Below, in pieces: positions 37,399 through 50,229 of a stretch of 64,000 nucleotides of DNA. The notes below the pieces were generated by a model that was not told the origin of the DNA, searched no databases, and saw nothing but the letters and a program-made list of their open reading frames with translations. The stretch comes from Octopus bimaculoides. Taxonomy: Eukaryota. Where the stretch lies: assembly GCF_001194135.2 (NCBI RefSeq), contig NC_068984.1:135437338-135501337 (forward strand). Direction: 5' to 3'. Each line of letters begins with the position of its first letter. The stretch's first letter is position 1. The translations under genes were made by a program, and so were the position numbers.

Positions 37399-38467
37399 AT
37401 GTACTCATCCGTGAGCGACTGTTGTTTGTATTGTACTCTTAAATAACACGGTTGACCATCCTTATATATGGTTTAAAACGGAACGGAGTAGTAGATTAAC
37501 AGATTTCTAAATGCGGTTTCTTAGTGCCATCGCTATGAATTGAAATGTCACTAAGATCAAATCTACATTCCATGATTCTGTAGCAAATACAATAAGTGTC
37601 ACTTATCAAATATCATGTTCGATTCAGTGCCATATACACTTGAATACCAATGATTATTATAATAGAAACTCGGTAATTGCATTTCCGCTGTTGATACATT
37701 ACGATGTACTTAATTATAATTCTCCCATGGATTCACCAGTGTAAGGGAGTGTCTGACAATTTTATTGCCGAAATTCAGTTCAATAGACTTGCAGCAGATC
37801 TAAGATCAAATACTTTAGACTCGTCACAGTTCCATTCTTATATCTGATATAGTGATTTTAGAGCAGCATTTTCAATGTGACCTTAATTGAGACGCTTGGG
37901 TTGCCCTATCAAAACTACCTTATCAAAAGATCAAAGATAAGAGCTTATTCACTGGCTTAGCTTATCTTATGTTCACACATGTATTAGGATTTATTCCTGA
38001 ACACATCCAATATTTTTACACCGGTGTAATCATTTTACATTTATTTACTGTATATTATTGAAAGTAACAATTAATGCCTGTTTGTTGGTAATTGGTTGTT
38101 GTAGGCTGTTTTAATTAAATTGATCAATTATAGTTATAAAATTTTACAAATGAATGTTAATTATTTGAAGGTAAAATTTAACGAGCAATTGTTGACATTA
38201 ATTGCGAAATATTAGCATTGGACCTGTTAGAGGCTTCAAAATGAATAATTAAATTTTTTTTTTAATGTATGACGCAATATCTTAAAGAATGATCCTAATA
38301 AGCGTGCTTTCCTAAGCATTGGAGCTATCTTAACGAAACTAAAGTAGGAAGTATATACGCCTCTACTCAACGTTCATTTCTGTGGGATTGTAAGGATTCT
38401 TTCTCTAAAAATTATTCTACATCTAAATGCTTAACATACTATCATACGCACAAACACACTCAAACAT

Positions 38468-38584
<117 letters not shown>

Positions 38585-38779
38585 CATGCATTTATGTGTG
38601 TATGTATGTGTGTTCTCTCTCCTTTTTAAATTAAAATGAATTTTGACAGGCCAGCTGCTTGTTAGCACAGATGTGAAGGAAGGCATCTTGTTCTATTCAT
38701 CATCCTATAAATCTTAAGAAGGTTTTGCACATTTTTATTGTCCCACATATCCTAATCATTTGTAGTGTATGAATAAAGG

Positions 38780-39230
38780 GTTTTGCGTTCTCTCCCCACA
38801 CGCCAAGGTATCACATTCGGCCATATTTGGCTCCGGATGTGCTGCATTTTATCATGTTCCCATGATAATAGGCTTGAAGCTGAAAGTTTATGCGGACTAT
38901 TGGATCTGCGAATTCCCCATCAATGGCCCACGTATGTATATATATGTACGTATGTATATTTGCGTATACATACCTAAGTATAGGTGTGTATGTATATGTG
39001 CAAACATGTATATGCGTGTGTGCGACTGAGCATTGTGTACACACCCGGACCAACTTTATTATTCTTTCTGCTTTCTGTGGAATGGACAAAGAAATTACAA
39101 GCCAAGCATTGGAGCAGTCGGTTATTTCAACAGCACTCCCATAATTGGCCACGCTAGTGAAGCCAGACTTTGCGTGTATATCTGATCTCAGTTGCATAGG
39201 AGCGTAAATCTGCTAATGCAAATTTGCAGC
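38780..39230 (+). mobile_element. Decayed L2/CR1-like LINE 3' region split by a TA/TG microsatellite
   Basis: HIRPYL and MCCIL resemble IRP.LEYCCHIW; FCGMDKEIT resembles Y.G.CS.EL; RSVNLL resembles KR.VN.L. Confidence 0.4.
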
Positions 39231-39443
39231 CAAACTTTTCTCACTACAGAATTCTGCATGTTACCACCATGCGTGTACAGATGACTGATAAACCCTATTC
39301 GACCACTATAGATTTTCTACGTTTGAAAGCAGATAAATAGATCGCGTTGCGCATTTGGAAGCTTATTTTTCAATTGATTTTGCTCCTGGAAATTTTTCAA
39401 TACGACTGTTCTGTGTTATTCTCTTTTTAATATATAACGAAAC

Positions 39444-39668
39444 GGGTGGCGAACGGGTGGAATCGTTATCACGCAGGGTGGAATGCTTAACAGTATTTCT
39501 TCTGTCGCTACGTTCTGAGTTCAAATTCCACCGAGGTGGATTTTGCATTTTATCATTTCGGGGTCGGTTAAATAAGTACCAGTTGTTGCTCTGAGGTCGA
39601 TGTAATCGACTTACTACCTTCGTTTGTCTCCTCTGTTTTTAGCCCCCCTGTGGCCAATAAAGGAATAA
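39444..39668 (+). mobile_element. tRNA-derived SINE, same family as 59727
   Basis: B box gagttcaaattcc; central ttttatcatttcggggtcggttaaataagtacc. Confidence 0.85.
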
Positions 39669-39979
39669 ATATAGAAAGGTATTCCATACAACTCTGTTTA
39701 ATCTTTTTGCCGATGTTAATCTGACTACGTTTTAGCGTTGCCTTCAAGGCTACATATTAACCCTAGAATTATCCTGACGTTCTTAATTTTCATTTCGGCA
39801 GGTGGCCTTATATAAATTCTCCGTGTGCTTTCATAATCCTCTTGCTTAGCGATGGTGTTTTTGTCGATTTGGATTCGAGGTAGATGAATGTTTTCGTATC
39901 TCTCGTGGAATTAATGTTTGTTCTTTAGTAATTGCAACTGTCAATCTTTAGATCTTCTCATCTCTGAGGCGGAAGTCCT

Positions 39980-41135
39980 TCTTCTCAGTCGGGTTCGGTG
40001 CTTCACACCCCTCACTCTATGCAGTAACAAATTTCACACTCGTGTTGATATTCATATCCTAGTGCGCTGTATCAGGCTATATGTACTATTCCACAACACT
40101 CCACCTGCACCTAACGAAGAGGACTGCTTCACCGACCTGGGCCACCGACCATCCCTCTGGACGCCAGCTCCTGGCCAGTTCCAAGCAATCGATCGTTTTT
40201 CTGGCATCTGTCAAGGTGTTGTCGACCGGTTTAACTTTAGCAGGCGCCCCCGACATCGGTACATTTCCCCAGCCGTACTCTCGGCTCTTCGATGTCTCCG
40301 ACACCGCATAGACATTATCGTAAAACCGGTCCACAACGGTGTAGCCGTGGTGGTGTGGAGTGCGGACCTCTACAAGGCTGAAGCTCTCCGCCAACTTCAA
40401 AACACCTCCTTTTACTGCCCTCTGCTGTCCAGCCCCACGCGTAGCAACCAGCAGACGCTGTCCTCTACTATCCATCACATCTGTTCCTCATCCTTTCTCC
40501 CTACCACCACCTCNNNNNNNNNNNNNNNNNNNNNNNNNNNNNNNNNNNNNNNNNNNNNNNNNNNNNNNNNNNNNNNNNNNNNNNNNNNNNNNNNNNNNNN
40601 NNNNNNNNNNNNNNNNNNNNNNNNNNNNNNNNNNNNNNNNNNNNNNNNNNNNNNNNNNNNNNNNNNNNNNNNNNNNNNNNNNNNNNNNNNNNNNNNNNNN
40701 NNNNNNNNNNNNNNNNNNNNNNNNNNNNNNNNNNNNNNNNNNNNNNNNNNNNNNNNNNNNNNNNNNNNNNNNNNNNNNNNNNNNNNNNATCGTCCCCGCC
40801 TACAACTGCCCTACAGAACTCAATCTCTAAATACCTCGACCGTGTCCTTCTCCCCCTTAGTGGCTTCCCTCCCCCACACATCAACGACACTAACCATGCT
40901 CTTCATCTTTTCAACTCTTTCACCTTCCCTCCTGGCCCCTCTAAACTTCTCTTCACTCTTGATATCAAGTCTATATACGGTGATCTCACACCACGAAAGA
41001 CTTCTTCCCCTCAAACACATCCTAGACCTTCGATTGAACCCCCAAACTGACACGTCTACACTTCTTCGTCTGGCCGAACTTGTTCTCTCCCTCAACTGCT
41101 TCTCGTTCGCGGGGGAGTCTTATCAACAGGTTTCG
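39980..41135 (+). mobile_element. Penelope-like element: N-terminal region and RT fragment (contains a gap)
   Basis: SALRCLRHRIDIIVKPVHNGVAVVVWSADLYKAEALRQLQNTSFY matches AL..L....DI.IKPADKG.AVVVW....Y..EA.RQL; TSTLLRLAELVLSLNCFSFAGESYQQV matches the pre-QGxAMG motif; C-rich sense strand. Confidence 0.85.
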
Positions 41136-41714
41136 CTGAAAATGTTTAGAGAAATATTATCGTCAAAATTATGGATCACAAACCCAATAGAACAAAAGTT
41201 AGAGCTTTGAATCTTATAAAATGTGATGAGGCTTTATATTGTATATTGATAGCAAAGAATTGCTGCGAAGATCACCTAAAGTCTTTTCAATCCCATGAAA
41301 ACGTTTCAAAAGAAGCCAACTTACATTGTATTTTTATTCAAATGCATGCAAAACTTCACGCGGTATATTTTCATGTTTCTGTGGTTTACTACTATCGAAA
41401 AGTTTTAAGAGATATGAAATGAGATTTCGGATTCTGCAGGATGTATCTTCCGACTGAGAAGTTTAATTGTTACAGAGAAATGAACAAGACCCGCAATGAA
41501 TTCATTCTAATTAAATTCAGTTTCATTAAGAATTTGGCAAAGATTCTGCTTCTGTAAGTTGAGTCGTTGTTATTCTCGAGTAGTTTACAATGCATGTGTG
41601 TCAATAGTATCATTCCAAATACATAATTTCTAACACGAATTATACGCAGAAAATTGCATATATGGAAGTGTGAAGATGCACAAGCACACACGCAAATGCA
41701 CGCACGTGCGCGCG

Positions 41715-41798
<84 letters not shown>

Positions 41799-44147
41799 TA
41801 TATGCATATGCAATGTTTAATTGTAGATAATTATAGCCATATTGGTGCCCAATAAATAGGACGACAATCAGCCATCTTTTCTATTAAAATTGTAAAATTT
41901 TCTCATAGTAAGATGCCAATTAATAAAAGAAAAAAAAAACAGAATTTAAAACATTTTGATGTTAATGCTAATAACAAGTTTTTCCACCAATTTTTAAAAA
42001 AACATATACTTCTATTTTAGTTAATTAGCTCACGGCTATCAACAGCCTATCTGTCTTTACTGTGTCTGATGTAAGTTTTCTTCCCATCATTAAAAAAAAT
42101 CATACTATTCTTATACCGATTATAAACAATTTTTAAACAAATCTGTTGATCAGATGCTCCACTGATTTTCCCACTTCTGATGCCAGATATAAAGTTGAAA
42201 CAGAATAATTAATGATATATTTTTTCAATGGGTTTTAAGATGCTTCCATCCTTCTGGTTCATTAAAAAAAATGAATATTAGTCTAAAACTACTTGCATCA
42301 ACATCAGTACCTCCACAACAAGAACAGAGCCAAGAAATAAAACAGAATTTGAATAAACGAATATTTCAATAAACTAGCAAACGAACTTAGAATTAGAAAG
42401 AAAATGCATTAGTTCAATAAAGACAGAGACAATAAAGAAAACATCTTGAATTTATCAATGATAATTGTAAGATTATAAATTATAAATTGATTTCTTCAAA
42501 TTATTATGACTAATTAGACATGGAGTGTATATAACAAAAACGATAATTCGAACAGTAAAGACGAAGATGTTGCTACTAAAGGCGTGGGCGATAATGGTCA
42601 TGATGATGATGCTATTATTAATAACTATAAAAATAATACTATTAATAAGATTAACGACGAGGACAGCAGAAGCAAAAAACAAATTTAACAACAATAAGAG
42701 TATAGTCGCAATGATCATGTTTGATTAAATGTGAAAGCGTAAGAACCACTTAACTGAGAAAAGTCTTAATGAGAAAAACAAAAAAAAGATTGGAAGAATA
42801 TTTATTAGTGTATGGGTTAGACTAATGAACATATGCATCTCTTGTAAATAAGTTACAAAAGAAACACTGACTCAGAAGTAGAAATACTTGTTTGAAATGA
42901 TGTCTTCTAAAATATATAATATGTAATGGAAAGAGACGGTAGAGTTAGTTAGAATATATCTGTAGGAAATGAATTTGTGAGAGACCACGAAATATTTAGA
43001 AATAGAATAAAATGTATGTGTCTGAATATTATTGAGTAAAATGTTGAACTGGAAACCAGTAAAATTAGGTGAAATAGTTGAAGATTGTCAAGGTACCGAG
43101 AGACAAGGAAATAAATAAAGGAAATTAGTGGACGGGATTCAGAGAAGAAAATAGAAGACAAAGAGTGATGATGGAATTGGTAGATGAACCGGAAAATAAA
43201 CGAAGGTGAAATTAGAATATAACTTATAGAAAATAGAAATAACTGCGAATAACAAGGGAGGCAAATGTAGAGAGAAAATTCATGGAACAGGAAGAACGAG
43301 TAAGTGGAAAAATAGGAAATAAAGGAAGAATTGGAGATATGGACGTGATAATCATGCAAGTTATAAAATCGGGATAATGTCGAAACAATACACATATTTA
43401 CCAAACAGTTGCCCCTGTATTTACACCTGTATTATTTCCCATTCGACCAGGTAGAAATAGCAGGCAAATATTCTCGAAATAGCCATTCTAATGTTTTAAG
43501 TAATAACAAGTTGTAAACCGTAGACACGGCCATCCTACACACAAACAGAATGGTTCTATCTCGAATGCCTATTATGGAGTAATGTGCACTGTGTGTACAT
43601 ATACATGAAGTAGATTACTGTTAGTGAATATATATGAATTAAGTTTAAATAGACATTGACTCCATATTTCGAAAATATTCTTAAAATACCGCTCCATGTT
43701 GCAGACATCATTTTCTCTTAATGCAACACCAGTTGCTTATTCGAATTAAGTTTTTACCAAGACTTTCCCGTGTAGAAGTTCCACAACTAAAATATTGATG
43801 AAATCTTATCTTCCCAAGAGAAGCAGTGGACTATACATACGGCCTCCCAGAAAGAAATATTCAAAACTATATTTTGTAAGCTCATCGTAAATGTTACATT
43901 ATTTGTACAATGCAGAAAATATATCATTAAACGTTGCCTAAAAGATGCCTTTATTAAGAAATTTCCAGAAACTGGGTCAACGTGGATTATGCATATTGAA
44001 CACAGCATACAATGCATACAGTTAAAATACAACACAACTGTTTCACATAAATTGAACCGGCATTGTTTAAACTTACCGTAGAAACAATTTTAGACAGAAA
44101 AAGGATTATAGCATTCAAATATTAATGGAAATAAGTGTGTTAAGAAG

Positions 44148-44310
44148 GTAGAATCGCTAGCAAGACGATCAAAGTACTTACTTCAAATTCACCCACGATG
44201 GTCTTTAGCTTTCATCCATTCGGGTTAGATAAAACAAGTACGAATTGAGCGTTGGGCTCCATGTCATCGATTCATCTTTTATCCCGAAATTGCTGGCCTT
44301 GTCCCAAAAT
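44148..44310 (+). mobile_element. Degraded SINE (59727 family, with a different 3' end)
   Basis: ttcaaattc...gctttcatccattcgggttagataaaacaagtac aligns with the family core. Confidence 0.55.
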
Positions 44311-44760
44311 TTGAAAGTAATATTACTGGGGTTAATCCTACGTCAGCCAGATAAACTAAAATGCCTGAATGCATTCCAGCTAATAGCATCACATGACAAG
44401 ACAGATATCAGGCTATTCGAGAGCGTGATTTAAAGAACGTTTCTAGATGCGGATGTTAGCTTTAAAAGATGAATTCGTAGATTTGTTAAAAAATCAGTTG
44501 GAATGTATTGCAAAATTCCTGATGTCCTTCAGCGCTATGAGTTCATATAGTGCGGAAGAAAACATGATTTTCAACTTCTCTCATGGAGTGAGTGCGATCA
44601 ATAAGATAACACCAGAACCGTAAATAGTAGAAGAGGAGAAGAATATGGAAAGAAAGTGAAAGGTCCATTGTGAGAAATAATTGAACGAAAAGGTAAGTAA
44701 TTACAGATATAATGCCCATCCCGTCGTCAGCTATGTAACTATTTAGTGATGACACTATGT

Positions 44761-45083
44761 GAAGGCGCGTGGCTTAGTGGTTAGGGTATTCGACTCACGA
44801 TCGTAAGGTCGTGAGCTCAATTCCCGGCGACGCATTGTGTCCTTGAGCAAGACACTTTATTTCACGTTGCTCCGGTCTACTCAGCTGGCAAAAATGAGTT
44901 GTACCTCTATTTCAAAGGGCCGGCCTTGTCACACTCTATATCATGCTGAATCTTCCTGAGAACTACGTCAGGGGTGCACGTGTCTGTGGATTGCTCAGTC
45001 ACTTGCACGTTAATTTCACGAGCAAGCTGTTCCGTTGATCGTATCAGCTGGGACCCTCATCGTTATAACCGACGGAGTGCTCC
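44761..45083 (+). mobile_element. Full-length tRNA-derived CORE-like SINE (OR2-like) with a perfect 13-bp target-site duplication
   Basis: A box TGGCTTAGTGG, B box GAGCTCAATTCCC, CORE-like gtgtccttgagcaagacact; GATGACACTATGT at 44748-44760 and 45084-45096. Confidence 0.9.
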
Positions 45084-45713
45084 GATGACACTATGTAATG
45101 TCCGTAGATAAAAGTTCATATTACAGGACGCATCACTACATTTTAGGGCGCAGGTTAGAGCTTTCGGGCGTTCCAAGGTTTTGAGGAGTGTGGAACCAAA
45201 TCTTAGCCTCTATTCTTCCCAGGTCTACGTCTACACGGAATAATAGTACCTGTCACGGTCCTAGTTTTGGGTTATTTAGCATATATGATTGCGTACCATA
45301 TGAACACAAACACAGAACCACCCTAGATACTGGTCCCTTACCCCACCGGCAGTAAGGGGCCACTAGAAACTTTCCCAGCATCCTTCTAGGAGAGGAACAG
45401 TCTGATGTAAAACCTGTGGTCTCATGTTATCACTAATATCTCGCTTTGGCCTCTCACTAAGTATCAATAACACAGAGTGGTAAATATATTATACGGGAGT
45501 TTGTCACTCTAATGCAATGAAGTACACACCTCTCTTTATTGTTATCTCATTTGTCACCCTATCTACTGGATGTCGTATGGCGATGGAAGAGTGGTTGCAT
45601 CATTCGGCAGTGCTCTGAATAGTCGTCTAACATATCATCATGGAGGGTAAGTGAAAGACACCATTGACAGGGAATCCACAAAGAGCTGACAATCGTCTGT
45701 AAAGATGGAGGTA

Positions 45714-45796
<83 letters not shown>

Positions 45797-46241
45797 AACA
45801 AACACACACACACACTCATACATTTAACTTAAGCAAAGGTTGCTTTATTAGAGATTAGAACCTAAAGGTTAAACTAATAGCGGGCACAAGAGACAAAGAG
45901 GGTACTGACTAGCACCACTTTTTTCTAGAAATAAGAGTTAGAACAACTGAAAGCCACAGGAGCACATTGTTAATGACTGACTAACGTAGGAAAGACCCCA
46001 GGGTATATAGTCGGATCGCAATTTCGAATGTTAATGTAGACAATATTAATCCTCATTGGTGATCTTTAACTCCTAGGTTTAAGCTCAACTACCTCTGTGA
46101 TTCTCTCTCTCTCTCTCTCTGTATACATATATATGTAATTCAATTAGAGGATATATAGCCTCAGAAGGGATGGTGTCATCCAAGGAAATACTGGTTCAAT
46201 ACCTAATATTTTGGGAGGAAATTGATATCCATAAAATAATA

Positions 46242-46244
<3 letters not shown>

Positions 46245-46313
<69 letters not shown>

Positions 46314-46377
46314 TAGATAGATAGATAGATAGATATATAGGTAGACAGATAAAGAGATAGATATACAGATATATTGG

Positions 46378-46441
<64 letters not shown>

Positions 46442-46518
46442 TAGAGAGAGAGATATATGGATCGATAGAGAGATAGATGGATATATATATATATAGAGAG
46501 AGAGAGAGGGAGAGAGAG

Positions 46519-46555
<37 letters not shown>
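46245..46555. repeat. Compound (TA)/(GA)/(GATA) microsatellite
   Basis: Direct reading. Confidence 0.97.
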
Positions 46556-47267
46556 CGCAATTACTTCCACCAAATTTCACGCTATTAACTGCTACATGAT
46601 AAGAGCAGAGAGTCAGAAATAAACTGTACTTCCATACAACATACTTGGAGTGGTAAGTTCCCATTTATTTCTGAAAAATATATTCTGTCCGCTGAATTGT
46701 TTGCAGGAGCCACATACACTGATCTCTCAGAATTTTCCCATCACTTCCTCCTATAAATATACATAAATGCACAGACGATATAAATACACATGTTTACGTA
46801 CACAAAGTTACATATATATGAGTGTGTGTGTATGTGTGTGTGCGTGTATGTGATTATGTGTGTGTGTACGTGTGTAAAGGAAACAGATATTTTATCGATA
46901 AATTGCAGAAAGTATCTTGGTAATGACCAATATTATATGATAAAGTTTTGACCATATAAATAAACCCGAAAAATAATTTTGTTATTTTGTTTTTTTAACT
47001 CATAGATCTAACCAATTAATCGGAGGAGGTGTTTATTGCTGCAAGCAATTTCCAACAAAACGAGTATTGATCTGTTTTTAGGCAATCCATCAAATGTAAT
47101 TTGCTATGAAATATTAAATGATCATCGATGTGCGTCGCGTACTTGATCTTGTTTTCTCCTCTAACAAGATCTGTAGTTATTATTCCGATATACATGAGCA
47201 TACATACGTACATACATATATGTGACTGTCTGGCTGTGTAATGTTGTGTTTATGTGCTCTTGTATAT

Positions 47268-47327
<60 letters not shown>

Positions 47328-47583
47328 GTTTGTGCGTATTTACACATAGACGTTTGCGGGTGTATACACACAAACACACACACACACACACATACGTACA
47401 GGACTGTGCTTATATATACAGATGTATACGTATACTTGTATGTGCGTATGTATATACATATATTCATATACATACTTACGTGTATGTGTATATATATGCA
47501 TATATAGACATTCACACATACTCTTATATATAATACATTTAAGTTATGTCTGTGTGTGTTTTTGAATAGATTCTATACAATAT

Positions 47584-47640
<57 letters not shown>

Positions 47641-48396
47641 CGTATATATTAGGGGGTTTCAACCATTCATTACTGGCCATGTAGCAGCTCTTTCTTCCGT
47701 GAGTTGTGTCGATTACACTGTCATATATTTAATTTAATTTGCTTCTTATTTTGTATTGTTATATGGCTTCTATGGCCCATATAATTTCTTTGACTCATTG
47801 CTGCCTTCTTTGACAAACTTTCTCAGCAACAGAGAAACCTATTTGCACTTCTCGTTGTGTGAGTAGGTGTATATATATATATATATGCAGCATTATATAT
47901 TCATTCAAAATGTGGCTCAGTCTGAGGATAAAGAATGAGAGATATTTTTTCACTGTCTCATGCAGAACGCAAACGGCAGCGGAAATTTAGAAGAGCATAT
48001 ACGTATGAATTAATAAGAGAAATGACGATATAAATTTAGTTTGAGTTTACTCACGTAAAATTACTGACCACATTACATGATATTTAAATACTATAGCTAT
48101 TATAAATATTTCATATACACTCCACACCCATGCAAGCTCAAATATGTACACATATACAAAATCTCATGGATACATTTAAGGAAAATCTAAAGATTTTTAG
48201 ATACAAATTGATTCTCATTCCTTCTGAGTACATTTCGTAATATTTGATATTGTGGCCATTTTTTTTATTGTTTACAGACGGCGCTATAAGGAGCTGCCCT
48301 AGTTTTTGAAGAGCTTTTCATACAGTAAGAGCGTTTATTGGAACCTAACGGCTTTCGTCCCTATGTCATTTACATGTAAAATATTCTTGATAATCG

Positions 48397-48452
<56 letters not shown>

Positions 48453-48453
<1 letters not shown>

Positions 48454-49040
48454 GTCAAGTCGGCTTAGTTGTCAGGACCCATGCAAATATTCCACGTCTG
48501 ATCTCCCGACCTTCCACAACAGTCTATATATCTTCATTTGGATACATAGTGTCTTCCACAGGTTGAACAATATGTGCGCGTCTGCTTGTTCTGTCGATAA
48601 CGCTATGTCGCTACGTGGGTTTCCAGAGAAGGAGATCGCTGAATATTTCATCATTGCCCCTTCCGTAGTGTTCTGCACAATGTGTTTATGTTTCTCTTAT
48701 TACCAAGGCGGTCGTAGGAGAACTGCCATGCAATCGTTGTTTTGTAGATTGTTATTGCCAAGAAAGTTTGAAGATTACAGGCAGCATTCTTGTCAAGCTC
48801 ATTTTAAAATCTCTTGTTCATTGTCCATACTGAAGAGCCTTAAAGTAACATGTTTAACCACTACTTTGCAGAAATCTCTCTTCTTATCAGGAATGTAAGT
48901 TTTCCATATCATTCTGTGTATACTTGCAGTAGCATTCCATGTTTCGTCAATTCTTTCCTGGTTATCATTTTCTGTTGAAGCAATATTACTTCCCAGGTAG
49001 GTAAAGTCATCAATCATTTTTGGATGAGTGCGATTAAGAA
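48453..49040 (-). mobile_element. 5'-truncated RTE-clade LINE 3' portion ending in a (GATA)n tail
   Basis: IDDFTYLGSNIASTEND..ERIDETWNA...IWKTYI matches DF.YLGS.I.....RI..AW....IWKS. Confidence 0.8.
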
Positions 49041-50229
49041 CAAATATATCATGTGTTAGGTTATAGATCATATATTCAGTGTTACAGGCATGGATATATA
49101 TATAACACCATTTGTGCGGCCGCAGTCTCAAATGCATGCAAAATCGAAATTTTGAAATGAGCTTCGATCGAATGTCATACGACTAGTTTGAATATTCGGA
49201 GAATTTTGTTTATTAACTCTTTTCAGTTGTATCAGATACAATTGAAGACATAGATGTGTTGCTTTTAAGTCCAAGCTTTCTCAGGATAGGCAGACATCCG
49301 AAAAACTGAGAATAATACGTAAAATATTTTAAAAAACGCCCAGGAACAAATGCAATAATACTGAGTTTATTTTATTGAAACTGGGTTACTAATATAAACA
49401 CAAAAATATATTTCTATTGAAATATAGTAACAGTCACAGCAGTTTTATTGGAAAAGATAACACACTTGAAATTCTGATGAATTGTTGAACCTCATTTACA
49501 TATTTGAGAATTGAATTTATAATGAAGCAATTTGCATACTGAATTAGATTCTGAAATGGTTGTCGTTTACAGATATACCAAATAACTAGAAAACTAAGTT
49601 TTGCCAGTTTGTCAGTGTTCTAATTACATGAGAACTATTTCATTTGCTCATATTAGTTAATTGCATTTTTACACATTTGCAGTTGATGTATTTGCAGTAA
49701 ACCATATTTTAATGATTTCATATACAAACAGATTGTACAATAAATTTTGACGTATAATAAATTTTGACGTAATTTCTTAAGAAATTGAAAATTATACGAA
49801 AACAGTACTAACGGGCACGTAATATGTTGATTTTTATGGCATGATTTTTATAATAAAATGCTTCAAATTAGCGAAACAACATATTTGTTGTATTAAAATA
49901 TCATTGCATGGTACTTTTTATTTAATTTTCAAGAAATTTTAACTTGGGTTAGCTCCTGAAAGTGTTGACCAGTAAACCTGCTTTGCCCTTTTTGGAATAT
50001 GATTTTACGCTCGTTAAAATACGACCACTGCTAATCGTTGTTAGATTGAGGATCAGTTAGGTTTTCTACCTACTATTGTTAATTTCTTGCCCTAACAGTC
50101 ACTTGTTCTAAAATAATACGCTGCTTTAAATTATGGATCGATTTTACTTAAACCGTTTGATACATAAATTCGATTATTACACTGTTGTAATTCGGACAGT
50201 ATTAAATTCTATCGAACACCTCGGCGTAG

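Noticed and set aside
38766-38931. Exon-like segment (tttgtag ... C|GTATGT) and the overlapping minus-strand ORF
   Set aside because: Better explained as decayed L2/CR1 sequence; the apparent donor is the start of a TA/TG microsatellite
42949-43404. 151-aa minus-strand ORF
   Set aside because: Caused by a strong purine/pyrimidine strand skew (F/I/S/L-rich) with no domain motif
45252-45719. Possible solo LTR (TGTCAC...ATCACA, with AATAAA on the minus strand)
   Set aside because: Terminal inverted repeat is weak and there is no 4-5-bp TSD, PBS or second copy
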